The position numbers and the translations under genes were made by a program. Below are positions 25,701 through 39,400 of a stretch of 64,000 bases of DNA, piece by piece; position 1 is the first letter of the stretch; the number at the start of each line of letters is the position of its first letter. Under the pieces are notes generated by a model. The model searched no databases. It saw only the letters and a program-made list of their open reading frames with translations, and had not been told where the DNA came from. This DNA is from Rhodosorus marinus CCMP1338 (lineage: Eukaryota; Plantae; Rhodophyta), in assembly GCA_029953675.1 (NCBI GenBank), contig JAMWBK010000003.1, forward strand, positions 1,116,001 to 1,180,000, read 5' to 3'.

Positions 25701-26982
25701 TGATCTCGTTTGTGGGGAAGGATTGCTTCTGTATCCACTGAGCTATCGTCACCATTGCATATAAAGAATAATACCATTGTGAAAGTCTAAAAGCTCACAT
25801 CAACGATCACAGTATACTTCACCGCACGCATACCTAATGATAACAATAGGTCTAGCCGATGCAGAAGCAGATTTTCCCCGTAGAGGAGATCAGGGATACT
25901 AGGGAACTACCACTTTCATCATCGATACCATTTGTCCCACTCTCCAACCCGACAGTCCCAGTCGTTCCCCATCCAACTCTGACAAGCAACATAGAAACCC
26001 CCAGCTAAAATCATTTTCTACTTAATTTGTTTTGGCGCCAAATCATTATCGTATATCAGCAATATTACTATGAAAATAATAAACTAAATTAAATTAATAT
26101 TACCTAATAAACTGTAAAATAAAGTATTTATATTTTTAAAAAGACGATGTTTGTCAGTTGAGGGTTTTCCTGCTTGTGAGGATTACCAAAAAAAAATGGT
26201 GGAAAGGGCACAAAAACTGCGTACTAAGGATTTTGAGTTTTGATGGAGTTGCGCGGGGGCGGGGGGGAAGGGAGAAAGGCTTCTTGTTTGATTGACTATT
26301 AAGGATGTAGGTGGAGATGCTTTTGATACTCTTGAGCTTTTGTAGTGTGTATGGAGCAGTACATATGAGGGTCTAGCTTTCTGTTGAGTGGAGGATTTTT
26401 GGGGTGGAGCTGTTGAAAATGGGACCTGCGGTGGATCAACTGCATTTTTGGGGTTGTTGAGCGGAGTATTGGTTTTTTGTGGGTCTTTGACGGAGGAGGT
26501 TCTTTGTTTGATTGGTATTGTTTCTTTATCTGATTGGTAGTGCCTTTGAGACCAAAGCAGTTGAGAGGGTAGCTGTAGTAACGTATGGGGTTTTTGAGAA
26601 GAGTTTTGGTTTGACTGATGAGGGAGAGAGAGCAGTTGAGAGTATGCTCTTTGGAGATGAGACGTTTACTAGAGTCCCATGCAGATGGAGTGCTTCCCCG
26701 GTGTTGTGATTTCAAAGGTTACTGTTAGGAAGTAGGTGCGCCCAGAGAGTATGTTTGGTCGGCAAAAACACATGCGCTTGGATCCGTGTTTGGGGTTTGA
26801 GGGTGTGTCTCAAGTAACCAGGCTTTCCGGTTTCACTGTGGAGTAGAAAATACGGATTCTGCAAGCGGGTTTTGGCACGGGTGAGTGTTTCTTCGGTGAC
26901 TTGGGCGTTGTTGCAATCTGGAGAGTCCCCAACCAGCGCAGGTGGGTGCAATGGGGACTACGCTCCTAGGTAACGACATTGT

Positions 26983-28376
26983 ATGGATACAAGATCAGTT
27001 TTGGGATATAGGTAAGCTTGACGTACAACTCGGGGAGATAGGCATCCAGGAGATCGGTAACGCAACCCCTCAGATTTGAGCCTGACCAGCAGACTTTTTT
27101 CTGTCCACAAGGGACGTATCTTGGTCCAGACCCAGGTTTTGCTGACCGGATCCGAGACCACGCGAGAGGCCATGGGTCGGAGGTCGCCATTATATCATCA
27201 AAGACGGACCATTACGCTGTATTTAAATGCGCGACGCGAAGACGGGGAGGTGATCAGAAACACATCCCGAAGCACACGAAGAGAGTCACTGAATGTCCGT
27301 TTTACATAAGGGTAAGGATGATTTTACGCAAGTGCACTTATTGCATTTTGTCGTCTTCCTGGCCAGGTTCGTAGACCCTGGCCAGGAAGACTGTTTTCCA
27401 CGTCGGCTGAGGTGGTTTTCTTTACCGCGTCAGTCGTTGCTCTAGACATACATTTGACACTAGGATCAGCTTCGGGGAACGCCGTTCCGTTCGTTGAGTG
27501 CTTAAGTCTCTGTTCAATGTGAATGTGTAGGCAATAATGTTGAAAAAGTCCTCCCTGACGGGTCTGGACACCTTTCCCGGGTATCGCAGGAAGTTGCTTC
27601 TGGAGAAAATGTTTGGAGGCAGGATTCCGACGTCGGGAGGTTTCATGGAGGGGTGGTACGTCGCGGCAGGGAACCCTAGACATGTAGGGCACTATATGAA
27701 GCAATTTCCTAGAGGTCCGACGCCAAGCAGAGTACACGAGCGCATGAAGGGTAAGCCGCTCGAAAGGGAGAAGGCCAAGGTATCCAAAAAGAATAGTTCT
27801 GAAAAAGCCGTCAAGGGAAAAGCTCGAATGCAACGAACAGCCGCTGCTAAACCCGCAGACAACACTGATGCGGAGAATATTGGTGCCAGAATATCACGCC
27901 TCTACCTAAGGGCTAGTGCTCAGGATAGGAAAGCAATAGTACTAGCCGTGGAACAACTCGAGGCAAACCTCTCTTGGAAACCGTCCGACGACGTCAGCGT
28001 TGTGAACGCAGGAGCTTTGTCTTCGATGGTTGGCAAGCAGATTTTTTTCCCGCAAGTGGTTGGTCAGCAAGGGTTCTATGCTCAGCAAGGTGTTCAACAA
28101 GGACAGGCCTTTTTCGGTCAGCAGGGCCTTGTGAACCCTATGGCAGGACGGCAAGGGATGTTTGAACCTCAGCTCGGTCAACAAGTGCCTGGCAATCATC
28201 TGACGGCTCAGCAGGGATCACCAAATCACGTGGCGGGTGAGCAACATCTGGCTGCAACAGGAGCACATCAAGGAGCGTCAAACGCTTCCGCTTCTGTTGA
28301 GGAGCAAGGACCCGTTGATGCCGATGCCGATCAAAAAGGGGCCCAGGCATCGATCAGCGGTCCCAGTCGTCGCTAA
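26983..28376 (+). CDS. FAR1/AFT-like (WRKY-GCM1 fold) zinc-finger DNA-binding protein with Q/G-rich C-terminus
   Basis: Introns 27012-27073 and 27312-27530 give IRDHARGHGSEVAIISSK...VFKCA...KRVTECPFYIR|A...GWYV...HVGH (C..C..HxxH) and then GQQG-rich low-complexity sequence. Further upstream exons are possible. Confidence 0.55.
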
Positions 28377-29421
28377 CCAATGTTTGGATTCACCACACCA
28401 CCTCCCGGGCTTATTTTCTATGTGTATAGCAAGATGATATATTATCTTCAGTCTTCTGAAATGTCAATTCAGTTTCGGAAGGAAATTTCTATATAAACTC
28501 TGGATGACCTGGTCCTTTCCAAGTCTTAAACTAGTTACTGGTGCAGTATCAGTAATTTGGTGACCATGAATACCCATCCACCGGTAGAACGACATCAGAA
28601 CGGCAACCTGGAATCGCAGCGATCAACGAAATTGAACTCCTTGATGTTTTCAGTACTTCCCACTCGCACGATCCAAAATATCATTTTAAAGTTATAACGC
28701 AGCAAGCAAACATCTCTCTTCAGAAGTTAACAGCTCGATATCTTGCCCCACAGAAGACAAATGCAAGACTTCGCCGTCTTCTTCCGAGGTATCGCGCCCC
28801 GGTTGAAAATCCACTGGCTCGCTGATAGAGAAAATACCTAGCAAGCTCAGTGAAACAGACGATCGACTCTGGAGCTAGTGTCTGAGACCATCCAGAACAG
28901 ACTTAGATCGCGCTGACTCGACCCCATCCAACCAACTCGGTTCTCTATCTTGCTGGTTCTCTAATAAAGATTAAGGAGGATACCATGGAGAACGTTCTTT
29001 GAGAGTTCTAGCTTCTTGGTCTATACAATTATGACCGTTCTCAGCTTTACAACTAGAGAAACTATATAACATCTGACAGGATTTATGGAACTCGACCACA
29101 ATAAGAGGTTGACCAATTCCTCCATTGAGGTGGGACAGAATCTTTTAGGATCTTGTTAGGCATGTTGGCAATCCGGATTGGAGGGGATGATGCTGTGGGT
29201 GATTGTATTGGAGTGAGGATGTGACTACGGGGAAGATTGGGCGGTTGATCAACTGAGTTTTGACGGTTGCAGGCTTCGAGTCGAACCGAATCGAGCTTGC
29301 GGTTTCGTTGGTGCATATGGTAGTGTAGATCTATAGTACGCTTTTTGTTTTGTGTATGGTTTGGTGGTCTCGAACTGAGGATCTGAACTTTCTGAGGTGT
29401 GGGTAAGATCTGGATTAGAAA

Positions 29422-30781
29422 ATGGTTAGTCCGAAGGAGGCGAATGGAGATCTAAAAGGCGATCTCGAGCCTGATCTGGAGAAATCTGAAGGGATTGTGC
29501 GAAAGGATGATGGTGCTGAGCAGCAGAAGGATGGTTCTAGAGTTCGCTTTTCTGAGGAGGCGACAATTATTCGTCATCATGAGCAGTCAAACGGGGATGA
29601 TGCTTCAGCGTCGGAGGAAGATGCGGGCAATCAGAAGAGCGCTAACCGTCGAGTTCGCTTCGCTGGGGAGGTTGTCATTGAGGAAGAGGAGGTTCAAGGC
29701 CCACCCGATGAAGACCAGAACGAGCCATTAGAGGACGTTGAAAAAGACGAAGCCGAAGAGGAGGATTTTGAGGCTGAGGACGATGATGAGGATGTAGATG
29801 GCGAAGAAGACGATTTCGAAGCGGATGATGAAGATGCAGGAGAAGACGGTGTTGATCTAGAAGCACGTAAGCAAATGCAATACACCGTTTTTACGTCTCC
29901 AACAATTTGAGCAGAAGATGTTTATCATGTCAGACCACCTTTCGCTTTCCACCCCTAACAGTTGGAAGCCTAACTGATGTACTCCCAAATCAAGGAGCTC
30001 TCCTAGAACTTCTTAAATCGGGCAAAGCTGGGAAGAACGAACTGATCGAAGCGACCAAACGAGGAGACCTCGAAACAGTAGGTTTCCCGTACAGCTCTGG
30101 ACAAGAGTTTTGCAGTCCTCGTTCGTGCCTTCAATTCCTCTGAGCGATTTCGTAATCCTGACGTTGATGCGATTAGGTTGCAAGCTTGCTAACTGATGCG
30201 AAATGGATCGAAGCGATCGACGATGTCGATATCTTTGACTACACCGCTCTACACTTTGCATGTGAGGAGGGACATCTGGCAATCGTCAGTGCTCTTCTGG
30301 CAGCGCGTGCCGACATCGAGTGTGCGACAAAAATGCATTTCTCAAGACCTCTTCATTATGCGGCTTTTAATGGACATCACGACGTAGTCCTGGCACTGGT
30401 ACGATTCGATCGCTTTGCTTTCACTCAGTGTCTTTGGGCAGATTCGATGTGAAAACTGAGCACGGTGGTGCTTTTGGGATTCTTGTTTCTAACGAATTCT
30501 AGGCTAAAGCTGGAGCTGACTTGGAAGCTAGGACAGATGACGGGCGGACACCGCTATTCCAGGCGAGTTTTAACGGTCACTGCTCAATTGTGGAAGCGCT
30601 TCTGGATCTTGAAGCGAACCATCTTGCCAGGGACACGGATGGTCGATTACCACTGGACGTCGCTGAAAATGAGGAGACTAGGAAAGTTTTGCAGGCCATT
30701 GGAATGAAGGTACTCACTGAAGAACAGAAAGAAGATACACTAGTGGAGCCACGCATAGGGTCGAAGAGGAAATCCGGCTAG
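29422..30781 (+). CDS. Ankyrin-repeat protein with acidic N-terminus and two RVRF motifs
   Basis: Ankyrin consensus in TALHFACEEGHLAIVSALL, RPLHYAAFNGHHDVVLAL and TPLFQASFNGHCSIVEALL. D/E-rich first exon and GT-AG introns. Confidence 0.85.
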
Positions 30782-32347
30782 GAGCTATCGTCAACGAGAA
30801 GAAAGGAAATTGAATTAGAAGGTTTAATAGTTATACGTTGAAGGGCCCGGCGTCGATGTCGGTCTGTATAGGCCTCACGGACACAAGCCAGAAGGATTGC
30901 GCTGTGTATACGCGCTCGTCTCAGTGTGAGTCTGAGAGGTTTTTCTGTCGGTTGGATGACACGATCGACGAAAAATGAATCAGGCTGATGCTCAAGCCTA
31001 GGAATCCGGATGAGCGCTGTGGTTGGGCTGCTTTGGTGCCTGACCTAGGACTGCGTAAGGAAAGCAGCTAGAGGTTTTCGGGGATACGGAACTGGTCATG
31101 GGCTCCATTCCTCAAAGGGGCCAGGATACGAGTCCGGTCGCGAACAGATGAAAGCCGTATAGATTTATGGATTTACTTTGAGCATCCCACATAACAGTAA
31201 AGACAGTCGTGAAGCCAATCTCTCCAGGACAGATTAACAATGTAACTCGATCAGCAAGCAACGGACGTAGAGCCCGTAGGTACGGAAGAAAACGAGAGCT
31301 CTTTAAGATTTTCGGGTCGTGGAGATGCAGGATCGGACATCCACCCCTGGAAACCACTCGGGAATGCGCTTCGAGGTCAGGTTCCGTGTGGGCAGTGTTC
31401 CAATTCGCTTATCTGGTTGATCGATCCGAGGCGCTTGCTGCTGACCCAACAAAGCCAGCTTCGTAAGACCCGAAGAAGAGAGCTGAACATTGGCTGGAGC
31501 AGCGATAAGATCGTTTCAAATTCTTTCCAGGGAACCTTTTTCTTGGGCATCCAACCAAGCAACACCTACCTTGTGGACATCAAAGTTGTCAAATCTCGGC
31601 AGAGAGCTGTACAAGACAAGCCGTGTCGTTTGGCTTAGTTTATCATGCTGGGATCTAGGGGTTGCCCCTCGGATAGCCAAGGGTAGGATCGCAACGCGTG
31701 TCGGTTTAGTTGTACAGTCGTCCGCCCGGACTTGTGTTAATGTTAGTGGCGGTTAGTAAGAGCCGATCCTAGACTTCAATCGCGCTGTAGGATACAGTGG
31801 AGTTACTTAGAAGTAGCTGTTACCATATTAGAATCGCAAGGAAGACCATAGTAGACGGCTCTAGGCCGAACTTGTCAAGGTAGAAGAAGAATAAAGTAGC
31901 GAATTCTGGGTACACATGATATCAGACTTGATTAGGTTTGTTCAGGGGTCCTGTCCTGCCTTCGGGAGTCCTCCAGGGAGACCCAAAATTTGTGAGATCC
32001 GTTTCATTAGACTATCGCTAATGGAATATCGGACCGATTTATCCGACCGTATTTATGAATAGTGAACGTTAGAAAACCTCTATTTTATACAATCAGTTTT
32101 TTCAATATCGTATACACAACAAAATTCTAACGGTCTATTACAAAGTCCTAATAGTCTATGCGTTGTCAAAACGATGTTTACGGCGGCTCGATTGGATGGA
32201 AGCTGACTTGGTCCTTGGGGATCTGTGGATCGATGAGGGATGAGTTATCGGAAAGTTCTGAACTTGATGATGAAGGGCGATGGGATGGTGATGGATTGCT
32301 GGCGATCGAGATGAGCTTTTGCATTTCCTTTGTTGGTGAGAACGAGG

Positions 32348-32782
32348 ATGGGAGCGTTTAAAGTTCGATATATGGAAAGTGGGGATTACGATAGGGGACT
32401 ATTTGAGGTTTTACAACAGCTGACAGCGAGTCCTAAAGTTGAAAGACAAGTGTTTGAAAAGCTCTTGGAAGAGGTTAAGGGCGATGGATATTATCACTGG
32501 ATGGTCGTTGAAGTTGACGGCCTTGTCGTTGGATGTGGGTCTCTTGTCGTGGAACGCAAGCTGATACATTCTTGTGGATTAGTCGGACACGTAGAGGACA
32601 TTGTTGTTGATGAATCTTTTCGCGGTAAGGGGGCCGGAAAGGCTCTGCTTGAAAAGCTCTCTGGAAAAGCGAAAGAAGTAGGATGCTATAAGGCGACTCT
32701 CGATTGTCAAGATGACAGAGTTCCGTTTTATGAAAAGTGTAATTACAAGAGAAGAGGAGCTCAGATGGCTCTTTATTTCTAG
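32348..32782 (+). CDS. GNA1: Glucosamine-6-phosphate N-acetyltransferase (GNAT), intronless
   Basis: ERKLIHSCGLVGHVEDIVVDESFRGKGAGK...GCYKATLDC...FYEKC is the GNA1 signature. Confidence 0.93.
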   Translation: MGAFKVRYMESGDYDRGLFEVLQQLTASPKVERQVFEKLLEEVKGDGYYHWMVVEVDGLVVGCGSLVVERKLIHSCGLVGHVEDIVVDESFRGKGAGKALLEKLSGKAKEVGCYKATLDCQDDRVPFYEKCNYKRRGAQMALYF

Positions 32783-33126
32783 ATTAGGACTAAATGAGGT
32801 ACGGCAATTTTCAACTTATGCTTGTTTCGTATTTGTTGGTTCCTTCCTTGCTTTCGGCTGCTCCGTCTATCGTGATGAATATGTGTTGTGCACCACTCAC
32901 GAAAACCGACAAAAAGGTGCAAACCTTTTTGGTTTATGTTGAGAAACACCACACTCCAAACATGAATCCTTCTGACATAACGGACTAGGGGATCCCTTCA
33001 CTCTTCCATCCGCATCGTTTTCTGGCTGAGAGGATTCTTCCTACGCGATCAGCTAAGCCTTCTCATTCACTCTTCTGTCTTTGTTTGTTTTGACAAAGGA
33101 AGAATCTCAAAGCGACGCGATCCGCT

Positions 33127-34033
33127 TCAAGATTTGAACATATAGCCATGATTCAAAGGGCCCTGGCCTTTGCCCAGGGGTTCTGCGTTAGACATAGCCT
33201 CATACACGTACTGTTTGGCCCTTTCAACCGCTGATGGGATGGATTCTCCTCTTGCCAACCACGCGGCGCAAGCCGATGCCAGAGTGCATCCAGTTCCATG
33301 CGTGCTTCTGGTGTTTAATCGTGGAGCGGCGAAGGCTTGAAACTCGTTTCCATCGTAGAGTATATCCACGGAAGCATCAGAGTTTTCAGCATGACCACCT
33401 TTCACCAGGACGGCACCAGTACCGCCAGAGCCCTGGATAAACTTTTGCAGATCATATGCCGCCCCCTTTGCGTCTTCGTTGGAGACAACTTCACGTCCCA
33501 ACAACGCAGAAGCTTCGGGCATGTTTGGTGTCAGAAGTGTCGCCAGCGGTAAAAGTTCGGACTTGAGGACAGAGCAAGCATCATCTTCTAGAAGCTTGCT
33601 CCCTGAAGTAGCCTAGAAACACCCCTCAAAGCATAGTTTAGATCCCATGTATAACTCGTTATTGTAACCGTAAATAAACACGTTTTAAACGTTGAGTTGT
33701 AGGGCTCCTTACCACCATGACTGGATCGACTACCAGATGAGCTGGCTTGGAGGAAGCTAAAAGCCCTGCAACTTCTCTGATAACCCGCTGGTTGGCTAGC
33801 ATTCCGGTTTTCACGGCATCGAAACCGATATCCGTCGCTACGGCGTTGAACTGATCCCGAATAAACTCGATCGGTACTGGATGGATTCCGTGCGTACCCA
33901 TTGTATTCTGCGCGGTCAGTGCGGTTACAACACTCATCCCGTAGACGCCATTCGCGACGAACGTCTTCAAATCAGCTTGGATTCCAGCACCTCCACCGCT
34001 ATCAGAGCCGGCGATCGTCAGCACCCTCTTCAT
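33127..34033 (-). CDS. thiD: Hydroxymethylpyrimidine/phosphomethylpyrimidine kinase (N-terminus may extend upstream), 1 clear intron
   Basis: VLTIAGSDSGGGAGIQADLKTF, AVKTGML, VVDPVMV|ATSG, LLTPNMPEA, VLVKGGH, THGTGCTLASA and GQGPLNH. Confidence 0.93.
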
Positions 34034-35157
34034 TTCTGGTGAAACGCTTTCCAATTCATCATTTGTCGCCCTTGAATATCTGCTATGTCTACACAACGAG
34101 CTTTGGTTCTCCTCAGTTCATAGATTCAGCGCCGATCTTGCAAAAGGGTCAACACATGCCCGCTGGGAATACGTCCATGGTCGATCATGCGTGAGACTCG
34201 GAAGGAAGAACCGCTTTGCGTGATGAGGCTTCATGCGAAGAGCAGCGTCTGACATCGGGATTGGGAGGTCTACTATTGACGCACCTCGAATCTTTCCGAG
34301 GTGTTCCGCTTGTGTGGGTGGAGCAGTCCGGAACTATCTGTATTTGATTTTTTGAAGAAACCATAGGTTAGGTTTTTGGAGTTGACTCCTGTGCTTGACC
34401 TGTCGAGAATGTTCACATCAGATAGTACTCATCGCTTGAAATACAAGACTTTAAACTATGGGGCCTGTCTGTGAACTCTAGCGATGGGAGCCTGAGACTT
34501 TCGAGGAAAAAATCGACCGCGCTACCGGTTTTTACGGCAGTGTTTAATGCCCGCCAGATCTGTGCAAATTTGGTCAGAACAGCAAAGAGAAAAACATAGC
34601 TTTGGTAAGCCTCATGAGCTATCAGCAGAAGTTTGAACGGTGCGAGCATCTGCTACTAGTCCAGGATGCACCAGCGACACAAAAGAACCACTAGAAGTGT
34701 CCTCCTCTACAAAAACTTATGCAATAAACTAAAACTCTCGATGTCCATTCGCTATACATATTTGAATACTAATAATAAATATCCCCATCTTGGTAATATT
34801 ACAAAGGAATCAAAAGTATTACACAGAAATAAGTTAATTTTGTGGTACATCGTTAATTCTTATAAAAACAAGTTATTGTTGGCGTGACTAGAAATATGGT
34901 GCGAAAGCGGTGTTCCTATAGGTTGCTGACAAGAATTGAAACAATGTAATAATTTAATGAAGATGGCTGTTTAGGTTTTTGAACTGTTTTAGTGGGGTTT
35001 TTGAGTGGTTTTAAATGGTTTTTTTTCATTTGTGGCGTTTTGAGCGATGAGGAGGAGGGCTTTTGGTTGATGTGCTGCTTGCTAGCGGATAGTCTGATGG
35101 AGGTGATGAACTTGATGGCAGTTATTGTCGGATTGTTTTAGAATCAGAAGCAACAAG

Positions 35158-36223
35158 ATGGGAAACGTTCAGACGATGATATCTGTGGGCTCAATTTTGG
35201 TCGCGACTGGGCCCAGTTGTGTCATGTTTTTAATGTTTGTTTTGCCGAGACCTAATCTTGTCGTTGTGTCACTTATCGGGTCGTTTTGGTGGTACGTATG
35301 AACGTTTTTCCTGGAGTTGGTTCGCTTTTCGGTAAGTTTTGGTTGTTTTCTCCCGTCAGTATGGTTGAATCGTCCTTGCTTCTCAACCCACCTAGGTGCC
35401 TGGCGATGTTTCTGGCTTCCGCTTTCTGGTGGGCGATACCACCCTTACGAGAAACATTTGGCTGGGTCCAATTTCTTACTGTATCATTTCAAGAAGCGAT
35501 GAGGTGGATTTTCTTCCTTCTGCTTCATTTCACAGTTTCCCGATACGAAGATCTCAAGGTTGTCGACAAATTAATGAACTGCTTTTCTGCCCTAGCTCCG
35601 AAAGACCTAAAGACTTGAGGTCGCAAACTGACGCCATCTGCTCGTCCCGCTGTGTACAGTGCTTCGTAAGGTTTGGAAGAAAATCTGTTGTCGTGCAAGG
35701 GGTTGCAATTGGTGCTGCATGGGGTGTGATGTCTGCGCTGGTCAACTACGTGGCATACCTACACGATTTCTACACACAGGACGCCTCAATATACACTAAC
35801 CTCTGTCCCATAAACTTTTGGGTAGCGAGCGCATCTTTCGCTTGCGCCTTTTCAATTCTCCATATAGCGCTCTCAACGCTTGCCTGGCAAGCTTACGTCG
35901 TGGAGAACCGCTGGATGAAAATATCTTTGTTGTTCTTGATCTATCTCGTCCACCTTGGCTTCGCTGAACTAGGTACGAAAACAAACAAAAAGAACAATCG
36001 TACTACCCCTGGCTACAGTGCTAAGCTTGTGAACAGGCTTGCTAGGAAACATTTTTGCTCCTCTCTAATCGCTCGCGTTACGCTTTGGCTAATAGGCCTC
36101 GGAAACCTCAATGCTAATGGATGTATTTGGACGATGGCGGTCACTTGGTCAGTACTTGGAGCTTTGTGTATAGTAACAGCTTACTTCACACTCAAAAGTC
36201 TTCAGAAGATCGCTCAACCTTAG
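35158..36223 (+). CDS. APH1: Gamma-secretase subunit APH-1-like multi-pass membrane protein
   Basis: MGNVQTMISVGSILVATGPS...FQEAMRW...AIGAAWGVMSAL...LCPINFW...SILHIAL...YLVHLGFAELGNLNANGC matches the APH-1 GxxxG, conserved His and 7-TM layout. Confidence 0.75.
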
Positions 36224-36472
36224 AGCAAACAAAGACTGCTTATGCTGTGTAAATATATACGACTTTTAATCTATTGAGCAGACGTCATCTGGATCCTTTG
36301 TTTTCATCAAGAAGACTATCAGCACCTAGACAGACTCTCCCGTTCCGCCTGATGAGGTTGGTAAAGGTCTGGCTGCTTGCAGAAAGTTAGTCAAGGCAGT
36401 GGATGTTGAGCTAGTGGTTAAGATGTAATGTGCAAGCAGATGAAGGGCGGCTGATCAGCAGTGCCTAGCTTC

Positions 36473-39400
36473 TCAGGCGACGTCCAGTTGAGTACGAATG
36501 TTCATTGCCGCGAGTTCGTTTGCAAGGTACTTGAAGACGTATGGCAGGTTGACCCGCTTCAGCTGGTCATTGGAGTGTCCGCAGCTCTTGCAAGTGACTG
36601 TACGCTCCGAGTTCGGTCCTCGAGTTTGGAGTTTGCTAAGGGGACTGAGCACAGAGCGACAATTCGCGCATACCCATATCGAATGAAGATCTGATGAGGT
36701 TGAAAGTCTGGTCAATCATTAAGCGGGGACAAATGAATGACAGAGTGAGCATCATAAGGGACTGGCCGCTGCTTCTGATTCAAATACAATACCTGTCATG
36801 AAGCAAATAGGCTGCTCCATATCCTAGAAGCGCATCCCTCTCCATCTCCCCAAATCGAATTGCCCCACCTACCTTACGACCACGTATGGGTTGTCTAGTC
36901 AACGGATTGATTGGGCCGGTTGACCGAACCTGTCGTTTGCCACAACACTCGTTAGCCTAATCCAGTCCCAAAGGGCCATATCCATTGGTGCGGCATACCT
37001 GAAACTTGTCGCTAACCATATGGCGTAACCGCTGGTATTGAACAACCCCGGTAAAAATCTCTACGTTGAAGGGTTCGCCTGTTTGCAAAAGATTTTTGAC
37101 CACATAATCAGCTCTACGGCTCTCCACGGCTCGCTGACCGTAGCGAACTAGGCGTAGTTGCTTACCTGTATAGCCCGAGTAAAGGGTTTCATTTCCATAG
37201 AATGAAAATCCCTGTTGCAGAAGCTGCTCTCCGAAGTAGTCGAAAGCACGCCGCTTGTCATCGAATCGAAAGGGTGTGGAGTCCTGAAACCTTCCATGGA
37301 GAGCGCCTGCCTTTCCGCACATGCTCTCGACCATCATCCCGATCGTCATACGTGAGGGAAATCCATTCGGGTTGAAGAGGATATCTGGAATAATTCCAGA
37401 TTCCGAGAACGGCATATCGCTCTCAGGCCTAAACATTGGCAGCAGTCCTGACTAGTGAGCGACACCGGATTCCCCTGTACGCGGTATTCAAGTCGGGGAA
37501 AATATTGTATTACCAGTGCGAGGATAACGTTCCCTTCTGGCCAGCTCGTGAAGCAAATTTGTCTCCAATAACTGGGTCTCGGCGGTACCGCAAGCGAATG
37601 ACTGCTCGCCTGCATCCACGATTCTCGCTACCCGCACTGGGTGCGAGTAGTCGTACCTTTGTGTCAAATGATGTCGAGAACCTAGTGAGCGAGAATAAGG
37701 TCTCTCAAGCTGCAAAGGAGTTTTAAGTACCTGATCAACCGTCGCCGTCTCCATTGCTTTATGGTGAAAGACTTTGGTTCTCCTCATCATTTTTTCTGTA
37801 AATTTGGGCGAGCTCTCCTTGAGCGTGGGATAATGGCACAGCCAGAGCTCCTTTGAAACTCCTTACCTCCATCGTCAATATCGTCCGTTATCGCGTACAG
37901 AGGATCTCCTTGCTTAAGGACCGCTCCGACATGCGGGAGTCCATCACGTCCTAGAAAGTCGTTCTCTTCGGGGCATCCAAACTGCTTCTCCTTGCCAGCT
38001 GCAGTCGCGTTCAAGAACCGATAACGAAAAAGGTTGTCAGAGATGAATCCCTCCAGTGAGAACAATATCTAATCTCAGTTCGCACCTGCGGTTTCATCTA
38101 GATCTACTATCGTCGTTGTATAGATGAAAGCCTGGCAAAAACCTCGTTCCAAGCTGGCCTTGTTTATGACCATAGCATCTTCCATGTCGTATCCAGTGTA
38201 GCTCAAAACTGCAACGACCGCGTTGATACCGTTCGGAAATACGTCAACTCCCAGTGGGTCCTGGGACACTTTGTTTCTCGCTATAGGAGTCTGCCCGGTG
38301 AGCAGCCTGTATGTCTTGGAGTCAGATCGTCTTTCGAACATGTGACAGGGCGTTCCGAGCGCCTGCTTTCCCATTTGGCACTGGTACATATTTCGTGGAC
38401 TTTGATTCATGTCCGAGAACGGCGTGAAGGACGCCAATACGCTGAGAATTCCCGTCGCGGATATTTCTTCGTGGGAAAAGCCCTCTTCCTGCTCCTCTTC
38501 CATCCCATCGTCATCTCTGACAGCGCTTCGTATCCTCAGGTGAATCTTTCATAAGATGGTGAACCAATTTTTAGCATTTGTGAATGAGGCGTCGGTCCGC
38601 TGCGCAATCCAATTCAGTCTGAAGAGAGGTGTTTCGGTGCTTACCTGCTCAAAGGGCCCCACACTCTCCTCTACTGCTGCAGATCCAGCCCGGAGCCATT
38701 TCACGCGTCGCAACAGGCGCGCTGGGGAGCTGAAGAGGAAGACACCTGCGTACGGACCACCCCTTCTCCGTGGGATGTGAGATACCTCTGTATAGCTTGG
38801 CAAAGTTGAGAAATTGTCATCAACCTTGCAGCTTCGCAATCTCCGAGTCAGAATTGAGGCGGATTCTCCATCCTCAACAAAACCGATCACGCGGCCGTCC
38901 GCGACTATGGGTATTGTAGACTTCATGACCGTATTCACAGCATACCCGATCTTCGTGGGCGGTAGAGCTCCTAAGGAACCCACAAGAGCTTCGACCTTTG
39001 AAGCATCTGCAGGGGAATCCAGTGATACGGTTGCTGCAGCAGTCAAGTGGTTGAGAAGTCCTGGAAAAGCACCAGAGTTGGAAATCGATTCTTCAGTTGC
39101 TAGTTTGCTTTGATGATGCATGCGTCGTTCTTCGTGCAACTCGTGAGCGCATACCACACGGGGCCCCGTCCGGAGTGTGAACGGGGCAGATAAATCCCCA
39201 CGCATCTGGAAGCAGCTTCCGAACTGATGTGGTCTTAACATCATTAAAAAACTGGCCTCGGTGAATGCATCGAAAGTGCGCCAGAAATCTCCAAAAGTTG
39301 ATCCTCTCCGCGACAACCGCGTAGCCGGAGGCCTGAAGCAGGTCGAGGCCAGTCTGGGTCTGCAAGTTTCCAGTAGCTAGAAAGTACTCCATTTTCCGCG

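Noticed and set aside
30790-32340. Short overlapping ORFs between the ankyrin gene and GNA1
   Set aside because: No consistent splice path or recognisable domain; left unannotated.
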